From: Antedon mediterranea
Lineage: Eukaryota; Animalia; Echinodermata
DNA: 64,000 bases
Direction: 5' to 3'
NCBI RefSeq assembly: GCF_964355755.1
Contig: NC_092674.1
Span: 29,388,001 to 29,452,000 of the forward strand
Shown one piece after another: positions 25,880 through 35,114 of the stretch (within the stretch, counting starts at the first letter, position 1; every line of letters starts with the position of its first letter). The translations under genes were made by a program, and so were the position numbers. Below the pieces are notes generated by a model, which made no database searches, was not told the DNA's origin, and saw nothing but the letters and a program-made list of their open reading frames with translations.

Positions 25880-27653
25880 TCAAAAGTTCAGGAAGTCGTA
25901 ATCTCTTACCATTGGCATGGTAACTGTCAACAATGAGTTTTCTGCGTCCCATTTAGCTCTTCCATTTTTACTGTCAACTAGGTGAGGTAGATGCAAACTA
26001 AGTTTACTACAAAATGTGAAAAAAATAATTTGTTAAATTGCTAGGTGTGAAAGGGCGTTTATTTGATTGAGTACCTTTATAGAGGGAGCTCTTTATGTTT
26101 TATAAACTAGAAGCATGACATATTTTAAGAAATTTACTACGTTCATTTTATTGTACCAGAGTATCTTTATAGAGGGAGCTCTTCATGTTTTACACACTAA
26201 GAAGTAAAGCTCTGCATACTTTTATGTCAAACTAGTTTGATAGTGCACAAATATGGTAGTGATATGCCCAAATATGGTAGTCTGTATATGGGCACATCAT
26301 CTTTTTTTCACATAAAGTTTGATAGTGTAGACAAGGCTTAAGACAAAGTTTTTAGTTGATTTATATACTCACTAATTCGGTGTTGCACAACTTAAAAACT
26401 TGTCATTGACATCTAGAGTAACATCTCCATATTTGGTGTTTGGTAAAGTTATTTTCACCTTAAAAGATAACAAATATGGTAAACTGTAAAGAATGTGAAA
26501 ATACTGTATACAATGTTGTGTTGTAGTTTGGTTGTAAATATAAAACAAAAATTTTATTTATTTTCTAATTATAAAAACTTACAACAATATCTTCACAAGA
26601 TGACGTAGCATTTGTTTTATTACCCATCCCCAGGAACATGTCTTCTGTCGCAACTTTTTGCTTGAAAATAATCTCATACCTACAAAGATAAAAAGCAACT
26701 CAATGTGTGTTGATTGTGTAATAGTGCAATGCTTGACTGTGCAATAGTTTTTAGACAACTTTCACAGATTAAAATTTTGTATTGATACTGATAGTAAAAT
26801 AGTGTTTGAGCTTGCATGCAATAGTGCTTGATTGTGCAATAGTGTTTGATTGCGCAATAGTGTTTGATTGTGCAATAGTGTTTGATTGTGCAATAGTGTT
26901 TGATTGTGCAATAGTGTTTGATAGTGCAATAGTGCTTGTGTGTGCAATAATGATTGAGTGTGAAATAATACTTGATTGTGCAATAGTGTTAAGTATAGTT
27001 TTATTCACTTACTCTGGTTCAGGTCTTGGATCATCTAAATCATCAAACTCTCCTCCTTCCTTCACCTCATCTGCATCCCAAATATCTTTACAGTTTTTTG
27101 TTGATGCTGGCTTAGTATCTATGTAACCAAATAAATCTGTATTACTATTTACTAGTAGTAAACGGTAGTTTGTTGTTTAGATTATCACAAATAGTTAAGT
27201 CTTATAAACCTCTGACTCAACTATGGTATAAACCCTGAGCACTTTGATGGATACTGTATGTGCGCTTAACAAATTGTATATATATACTGTAGGCCTACAC
27301 ACTTTACCTTGTACAGGTGCTGTATGTACTTTCTTAGGTGGTCCAATGCTTCCTGGCCCAAATGGCTTCTGTGTACCAGATATTGGCTGTTGAATAAATA
27401 TTGAATAATATTAAATACACCCTTAAGTTAATATTTTTAATAACATTTCTCCATCATTCACTATATATATATCAATTTGTAAAGCTGAAAGAGAAATACA
27501 ACAAATGTACTCCCGGGCTCAGCCTTTTAGTTTATAAATAAATTATTACTCCAATCTTACTTTGTCCTCGTCACTATCACTGTCTGATTCAGGAGGTTTA
27601 AGAAGTTGAGACAATGCAGCAATACCGGCGAGTCCTAATGAAGTTTCCATCAT
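25880..27653 (-). CDS. DNAAF6: Dynein axonemal assembly factor 6 (PIH1D3/Twister), 195 aa
   Basis: Exons 27653-27561, 27386-27308, 27118-27013, 26679-26583, 26458-26373, 26006-25880 (588 nt). Motifs ALSQLL, GPGSIGP, KDIWDADEV, DPRPEPEYEIIFKQKVATEDMFLGM, SSCED, KLSLHLPHLVD...AKWD, RDYDFLNF-stop. A non-coding first exon is likely near 28040-28085. Confidence 0.92.
26700..26990. repeat. 18-bp minisatellite in a DNAAF6 intron
   Basis: Unit gtgcaatagtgtttgatt; the regular part is 26815-26990. Confidence 0.85.
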
Positions 27654-28040
27654 CCGCAAATAAAAATTGTAATCAAATAAAACCTGCTGAAAAAAGAAAA
27701 TAAAAATGATTGCAAAACGTAACAACAAAAACCTTGCTTAATTATAATTTTAGAACTGATCTATTAAACAACATAAAGTTATTAAAAATGTTTGTTAGAT
27801 GGGGCGAAATGACTCCCAGCAGCCCAAACCACAGTCCTATAAATAAAGAAAGAGCCTTTTTAGAGTTTCGAAGAAAAGCGATTATATTTTGCATAGCCTA
27901 GCGTATCAGAAACCAAACATCTAGCCTAGGTTTATGGTTTAATTTGAATATTGAAATGATAATAACCCATGTAACTAATACTGTATCAGTATTCTACTCC
28001 TAATACCTTATAATATTAGTGTTTTTTTCCTCAGTTTACC

Positions 28041-28170
28041 TTGTCCTTGGCAACATAAAGCTTTTGATTTTTTAGCAGCAACTAGCAGCGCGCCCTCATT
28101 TAATGTTAAAAGCCTGCCCTCATTGTTCGATGGTATAAAAACGAAATGAGATTTTTTTTACAACCCTTTG
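28041..28170. promoter_or_regulatory. Compact bidirectional promoter: X-box-like site (DNAAF6 side); TATA box and pyrimidine initiator (snoRNA host side)
   Basis: ttgtccttggcaac at 28041-28054 (reverse complement GTTGCCAAGGACAA); tataaaaa at 28134-28141; ccctttg at 28164-28170, 30 nt downstream of the TATA box; first donor G|GTGAGG at 28192. Confidence 0.5.
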
Positions 28171-28774
28171 TGTTCTGCCGTTGAGTTTGAGGTGAGGTTC
28201 ATTTTTGTGGTGCTTGTTTGTATAAGTAATTTATCCTAATATCACTATTTTTACAAGTATATTTTAGGTAGAATTATAAAGCTATATAACAACATTTAAA
28301 AGTATGTAAAATCCACATTAATAAGTATGTAAATAGAGTTTAAATTATGAATATTAAAGTCGCCGGACGTGCATGATGGAAAATGAACACGTGCCATCAG
28401 TAGGCCACTCTGCCATTGATTGGCGGGCACGTGGTGGTGGTTGTAGAGTTGGGCCTAGCCTTAGCTAGGCAGAGCCTAGAAAGACTTGCGCATTATTTAG
28501 AATAAAAAGAATGTTTAACCAATTGTTATTTAATTTAATAAATGTACAAAATGATTTTTATTTTACTGCTTTAAATTAATTTCATTTTTATGTATGTACA
28601 TCTTGTCATCTAACTAGCTAGGACATAGCTAATTAAATTAATAATTGATTGAAGCTAGATTAAATAGGCCTACTATGCAGAATATAAAAAAGAATTCTGT
28701 TCTGGCAATGATTTTCAAACAATATTTCACAAAATCCTACTTTCTAAATATAGCCGGCCCTAGCTAGACATATT

Positions 28775-28871
28775 TCAGCAATGATGATAAATTGACCTCC
28801 AATCCGCAGTTTCTACCATAAGAGCTTGTCTCTCATGATGGCATTTAACCTTCCTTGGATGTCTGAGCTGA
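28775..28871 (+). ncRNA. SNORD14: Box C/D snoRNA U14, copy 1
   Basis: Stem tcagc/gctga; box C atgatga 28781; domain A atccgcagtttc; domain B accttccttggatgt followed by box D ctga 28863, complementary to 18S ACAUCCAAGGAAGG. Confidence 0.93.
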
Positions 28872-29100
28872 CTATAAAATAATGTTTTGTGATTGGCTGA
28901 AACAAAATCCTCTACATGCTAATTTTCAAACTTTTAATTTTTGTTTCAGGTGTGCAGTTGATTTTAAACTGATATGGTTGGGTGGTTAAGAGATAATGTT
29001 TTTGGTTAGTAAAAGTTTTTTTTTTTAAATAGCATAACTACAATACAACCATAATAATTATTACATTTTGTGAAACACGAGACAAACTTAATTACAATAT

Positions 29101-29188
29101 GCAAGTTATGATGAGAAGGTAAATTGGGTACCATAGTGACCACGGTCACAGTGATGAGTACACAATACCTTGGAGAACTGAGGCTTGT
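29101..29188 (+). ncRNA. SNORD55: Box C/D snoRNA SNORD55 (U39/U55)-like, copy 1
   Basis: Stem gcaagt/gcttgt; box C atgatga 29108; box C' gtgatga 29151; guide accttggaga before box D ctga 29178, complementary to 28S UCUCCAAGGU in the same register as recalled human SNORD55. Confidence 0.8.
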
Positions 29189-29428
29189 CGTATTTGAAAA
29201 CATTTAATTACAAATTACTTAATAGTATTATTTATGATGGAGGATTATATTTTTTATTCCAGGTATTGATCGATGGTTTGGTTCTATATTCATTCAAAAT
29301 GGTAAATTTAAATGGTACGCCTTTATTTTATTTTTTATTATCCAGAAAATGGTTCGGAAAGGCTGATAAATGTATGTATTTTCTACCAATGTGTGTTTGG
29401 TAGTGGATACTTTTAGCAATCATAGTTG

Positions 29429-29535
29429 TTTTGTTGGCAATGATGATAATCTGACCTCCAATCCGCAGTTTCTACCATAAGAGCTTGTCTCTCATGATGG
29501 CATTTAACCTTCCTTGGATGTCTGAGCCAACAAAA
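29429..29535 (+). ncRNA. SNORD14: Box C/D snoRNA U14, copy 2
   Basis: 10-bp stem ttttgttggc/gccaacaaaa; box C 29440; box D 29522; body nearly identical to copy 1. Confidence 0.93.
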
Positions 29536-29775
29536 GAATCTAAAAAAAATGTTAATTTATTGTATCTACACTATTATAAATTCCCTAATTTTATTTACAT
29601 TCAGTTTGCAGGCTGTACACCTGAAAGATGACATTAAAGACAGTTTGTGTTTAATGTAAAGGTAATATTCTGTTTAATTATATTTATTACGAATACTGTG
29701 ATTAAAAAGCTGTATTACTGAATTTGAAGATTGTGTTGTACTCCAGTATGTAATGTAAAGTTTTTAGAATGTCTT

Positions 29776-29874
29776 GTCAGCAATGATGATAATCTGACCT
29801 CCAATCCGCAGTTTCTACCATAAGAGCTTGTCTCTCATGATGGCATTTAACCTTCCTTGGATGTCTGAGCTGAC
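29776..29874 (+). ncRNA. SNORD14: Box C/D snoRNA U14, copy 3
   Basis: Stem gtcagc/gctgac; box C 29783; box D 29865; body matches copy 2. Confidence 0.93.
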
Positions 29875-30070
29875 TAAAAATAATAAACCATTATTTACTT
29901 TAACTAAACTTTGTTGCAAAATAAAATTTGTAATCCTTTTTCAGATTTTAGAAAATCATGACTACCAAGCATGCATGACCTAAAGGTAAAAACTCATTTA
30001 AATTATTCCAATGGGATAACTAGAAAACTTAGCTGAATGTTTAGTGCTTTCTTGAAATTTGGTTAAATAT

Positions 30071-30158
30071 GCAAGTTATGATGAGAAGGTAAATTGGGTA
30101 CCATAGTGACCACGGTTACATTGATGAGTACACAATACCTTGGAGAACTGAGGCTTGC
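30071..30158 (+). ncRNA. SNORD55: Box C/D snoRNA SNORD55-like, copy 2
   Basis: Near-identical to 29101-29188; stem gcaagt/gcttgc; box D ctga 30148. Confidence 0.8.
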
Positions 30159-30453
30159 TTGATTTGACAAATATCCATTAGGGTCAGGGGTCAATTTGTG
30201 GAGATGGAAAATTGACAGTAATGTTGTAATTGACATTTATTTTTCATTTCGGTAGCATCGTTTAGATGAGAATGCGGAAAGTGTAACGACATGGACAGTG
30301 TGAGGGCGACGGTAAAATGGTAGGGATGTACATAATCCTGTGTACAAATCCATAAAATGTCTCTGAGACTACCTATATTTCCAGAATCAGTAATTACAGG
30401 TAAATTTCTTCAAACAATGTTTTACAATTAATACTTGTTTAATGGGTTTGGTA

Positions 30454-30548
30454 GGCAGGCAATGATGATTTAATCTTTTTTCCCCAGCTTATCGATAAAT
30501 GCTGACTTTGTTGCTATTAGCATAAGCCAAACCAAATCTGAGCTTGTT
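30454..30548 (+). ncRNA. SNORD12: Box C/D snoRNA SNORD12 family, copy 1
   Basis: Box C atgatga 30462. Guide tcttttttcccc pairs with 28S GGGGAAAGAAGA (one G:U), then ag-ctta(D')-tcga..atgctga(C'), as in recalled human SNORD12C. Box D ctga 30538; stem gcaggc/gcttgt. Confidence 0.8.
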
Positions 30549-30783
30549 TCAACCATAAAGTCCTTTAACCTCTACATGTCACTAGATTTACAATGATTGA
30601 TTTCTATGTATTTTTATGTTGATATTCGGTTTCTATCTCAACAGCTGATTCAGTTTTTAACTTGATGGAAAACATCAAATGGAATCGTTTACAGTAAGTT
30701 TTTGTTTTTATAAGTAATTATGTAATAAATAAACACAAGTAATAATGTAATAAATAAACACAAGTAATAATGTAATTAATAGG

Positions 30784-30881
30784 ACACATGTTGTGATGAT
30801 TTAATCTTTTTTCCCCAGCTTATCGATACATGATGACGTTTCTTGCTATTAGCATAAGCCAAACCAAATCTGAACATGTGT
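30784..30881 (+). ncRNA. SNORD12: Box C/D snoRNA SNORD12 family, copy 2
   Basis: 8-bp stem acacatgt/acatgtgt; box C gtgatga 30793; box C' atgatga 30830; box D 30870. Confidence 0.8.
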
Positions 30882-31151
30882 ATAAATAGATGAAACATAT
30901 TTATTCATCTTGCATACATATTTTTAATAAATCGTTTTTATTTATATTTCAGAAACTGAACAATAAAGTTGTACAGCTGTGAGTATTTTTTGTCAATAGC
31001 ATCTTACAGCTCTGTCCACACTATCAAAATAGTTTGACAAGAGTGTGATATCCCCAAATATGGTAGTGATATGGCATGTCTATATATGGGCACATCATAT
31101 CATAAATTTTGATAGTGTAAACAGAGCCTTGGTTTGGTTTTGCAGCTAAAG

Positions 31152-31250
31152 TTTGTTCACGATGATGATTGAACTTTTTTCCCCAGCTTATCGATATGTG
31201 CTGACTATCAATGCTATATGCTTAAGCCAAACCAAATCTGAGTGAACAAA
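31152..31250 (+). ncRNA. SNORD12: Box C/D snoRNA SNORD12 family, copy 3
   Basis: 9-bp stem tttgttcac/gtgaacaaa; box C 31162; guide cttttttcccc; box D 31238. Confidence 0.8.
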
Positions 31251-31270
31251 TGCCAGGACTGGTCCTAGGG

Positions 31271-33541
31271 CACGGCTGTTTCATAGCGACATAAAGTAGT
31301 GAGCCCTCTATCGGTAAAAGTTAAATATTTTCGAAATTGAGGGCGCTATACAAACGCGGAAACGATTTGTTTTTATTTAGCGAAAATAATGACATCATAT
31401 TTAATCAACGAATCAGAAGCCTTTGGTTGTTGAAATCGGTGAGATTTCTTATGAATATTCATTAGGAATGTCCTGGTTGTTGTGGGAATCAATTTTGAGA
31501 CACGAAGCTTGAATACTTTTGTCGTGGTGAGTAGTTGAAATAATGAGATATTTTAATAGTTTTTTTGTTGCTTTTTGTTATGATTACGGCAAAAATTGCA
31601 CCACGTGTCTGTTGAATTTTTTAAAGAACCAAAATAAACATTTTTGGGTACTTAAATAGTTGTTGAACCTCTAGAATTAAAATTGTTTTAACGGCAGATC
31701 TAGGCCCAGTTTACCACTCATTCAAAGTTTCATGGCTAAACCCACGTGTTTTACGTAGGTGGGTGGGCTTTAAACACACTAGAGCCTATACTCAGAGGAC
31801 TGTTGTATCTAGTTACTATGGCCAGGATCTGTTAATTAAATAAGTTCAGGCTTTTGGTGTTCAAGAAAAATAAAAGATTTCTATTTATAATAATATACAG
31901 GCCTAGAAGCGTACTTAACAATAATTAATACATTTATTGAGCCTATATGGTACGAAACGAGGCCTATATAGGCACATACTATAGAGTAGCGCCATATATA
32001 GACATCGACTCGATACTTTGCCTATTTATGTCATGATTTTTAGTCGACAAAGGCAAGGCAAAATCAATATTTTTTTTATTTTTGCATCACGCATGTTGAC
32101 CCCTTGTATGCATATTCCAGCACCATCACTGCTTGCGAATTATTATTATAGCGTGTGTAAAATATATATTAGTTTCAATTGATTGCGTACAATTTTTTTT
32201 ATAGGATGAAAACCTTTATTCCTTGGACGTGTGATTTCACTTGACCTTTCACGAATGATTGCAAGCTCAAAATGGAACTGTTTTATCAACTGGTGTTCAT
32301 GCTTCCAATTACTAATCCATTCATAGAAGAAAGTTCCAATGAAGTCAATAGTGACTGAAAATAGATACGAGACCGGACATATTTCGACTTTAGTTCATCG
32401 AATTATGTAAATTTATCTAAGAAAAGATTTACGTTAAAATATAAATATTAATATTTTGAAGCTAATCTAGATTGTGATGACATTTTATAATTGTTGTAGG
32501 CCTATTGTTTTTTAGTTTTAACACAAAATATTAAATTATATTTTTATTAGACTAGAGTAAATATACTATATAAAGTGATAATATGCAATTTAAAATATAC
32601 AATCAACTGGATATTGAATCAATGTTTTTGTTATTTCCAAGTCTACATCTACTTAGTATCATGCCTATCAGCCTAGGCCCATTATCTATTTAAATATAGG
32701 GACATACATAGTAGGTATACTGATACTGTACTTGATGCCTAAACAATAAATTAATTCCTATTATAAATAGGTCTAGCCATACATTTCCTAAAAAATACGG
32801 CATGTTACAAATTGTAATAATAATGAAAATAAGTATAAGACCTACTTTTATGTTCAAAACACAATTTTTATATGTAGGCCTAATTAACAAAATGTAGGCC
32901 TACTTCACTACTATTACTAGCCTAGGTAGGCTACTGTGACCGTGTAAGTCCACCCACCAAGCCTATCAGACCTACACAGTAGGCCTAAGAATCACAAATT
33001 AATTAAAATAGCCATTTTATATGCTTAATTTTAACATAGTTGCAGGTTTGCCGTTAAACTGGGATTTTGCAGGTTGATAACTAAATAGTTTAAGATTACT
33101 ATTTTCTTAACAAATCTCCGAAAAAAAATTCGACGGACGAACGAGAAGACGATAAATCTGACGAAATTTCTGCCGTAAATTGAGGGCGCTTTAAATATTA
33201 ATTTCGCAGATTGTTTTGTATTGCAAGGCCTTCAATAAAGTAGCGATATTTTTATCTACAAACACAAATTTCGTAATATGTTTATTATTTTATGTTCTTG
33301 AAAACTTAGTAAAACAAATAATAACAATATTAGACATTTTATTAATTATTTTAGAATTCTATGTATAAATATAAAAGCATTATTATGCATTAAGAAAGTA
33401 AACGAACTATGCAGCGTTGCTAAGTATCGGCGGTGCATGGAAACAATGAAAAAGTGTTCGAGAACACGCGGCTAGCGAATAAAAGGAAAAGCGCGTTGTA
33501 AACACTTAATGTCGCGCATTACGTGCGTTGAAACAGCCGTG
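31271..33541. mobile_element. Non-autonomous Chapaev-type (CMC) DNA transposon, 2271 bp
   Basis: Perfect 13-bp TIR cacggctgtttca (31271-31283) / tgaaacagccgtg (33529-33541); 4-bp TSD aggg at 31267-31270 and 33542-33545. CAC...GTG ends with a 4-bp TSD are Chapaev hallmarks. No transposase ORF inside. Confidence 0.8.
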
Positions 33542-35114
33542 AGGGATCATTGCCTAATTATATTCAATTAAAAAAGAAAACAATTGCCAGTTCATTCATT
33601 GTGCTTTTCACGCCTCTGCATAAATTAATTTTGTAACCATATTTTGTCTTTCAGAAACTAATTGGATGTCAACTAAGAAGATAAAGTAAATGTGAGCTGC
33701 TGTTTACAATTTTATTTGAATGTCTATAGTGAATGTTAGACAGTGATTTGTCCAAAACCGCAGTCTTTTAGCGGATATTAATTTCAAGATATGTTAATAT
33801 TTTTAATAAATCTATAAAGTATTGCTTTGTAAGAAATGAATAAATTACTATAAAGTGTTAAAAGGCAAAAATGTTGTATAATTTGTGTTTTTGAATAAAA
33901 AAATGTCTTATTTCAATACTTTGATTTAAAGTATGTATGTGTACTATTGCGTGGTTTCGTTTCATCGTGCGACTCTGCAGCAGTCCCAACATTCTGCACA
34001 TGCTCATTTGTTTGTTTCAACTGGCCCAATAATCTGTCGCGCTCTGTTTCTATTCAAGCAGTGCTAGTAGATTGCGTATCTAGTGAAAAGGAAAGGTTTC
34101 TGCTCATTAGGAGACTGTGACTAACTTTGGTTAAGGAAATCTTATCTTGCGCCCGTTTCCAACACAAATTAGATGCTCATGGTGTATTGACGCAACAATG
34201 CAATGAATGAAATCATATCACATAGGTGGATTCAAAGGGGGCCCAGTCTAAATTTTGCAAATTGTAATGCAAAAGATAGACAATAATTTCAGGTCAGCAT
34301 CTAAAATTTGCCATTTTTAGGCTGTGGTTCTCCCTATACTGGATTTTTCTGTTTCACAAGAATAAACACTGCTGGAACCAGTGTATATCCTGTATTTCCA
34401 TATAATTATAAAGGGCTAGTTTATCCATGGGCCTATAAATTGGTTCCATGGTTTATCTAACGCAAGTTTTTTTACTACTAGAATTCCAAGCCTACTAATT
34501 TAATTTGACTAAATTGGTATTAATCCCCAAACAAGGGCTGCAAATATTCTTTAAAATACTAGGATTAAATCATTACAGATAACATTTCCTTAAGACTAAA
34601 GAATGCTTGCATAAATAATAAAAAAATGTAGTGCAATATTATTAAAAAGTTGATTACCCTATCTATTTGATATTGGTACATGCCAACCTTCGCTATTTAT
34701 TACCTCAAAGTATCTAATCCAATATTTGTGAGACATTGCATTTAAAACTATTCGTGCCAAGCGAACAAAGCCGCCTACAAAGTAAATCCAATACCTCTAT
34801 TCCTATTGTAATTCAACAAACAAAAGTAAAATCCTTCCTAGAGCGATATGGTTGAATAATTTCACATGCAATCAACTCAGACCGACTGTTGACTGCTTCC
34901 TGGCAAAGCATTAATTTCTGTCTGTTAATCTAGTCTAGTTTATACAGTGCTTTAAGAAAAGCTGGTATGTTGTGAAGCAAGTTAAGCTGGTTTTATATTC
35001 CATTGGGAGATTTCAACGAGGAAGAAGGAAATAGCATTTTTTATACCTGTTGTTTATTTGCTATGCTTTATAGTCTTGCAAATACTGTGCAAAAAAAGAT
35101 ACGTTGATGCCAGT

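Larger units (their letters stand above)
28164..33900 (+). ncRNA. Non-coding multi-intron snoRNA host gene (GAS5/ZFAS1/UHG-type)
   Basis: Short GT-AG exons with no long ORF (approx. 28164-28191, 28950-~28980, 29263-~29371, ~29605-29661, 29945-29985, 30256-30400, 30645-30693, 30953-30978, 33655 onward; AATAAA at ~33805, 33838, 33894). They separate eight introns that each hold one C/D snoRNA. Confidence 0.75.

Noticed and set aside
29006-29403. Short ORFs over the snoRNA cluster suggesting a protein-coding host
   Set aside because: They run through introns and snoRNA bodies and show no recognisable homology.
30521-30537. SNORD12 D-guide targeting U2 snRNA (UUUUGGCUAA) or 18S (UUGGUUUU)
   Set aside because: Only about 7 contiguous pairs, too short to be convincing, so it is left as an orphan guide.
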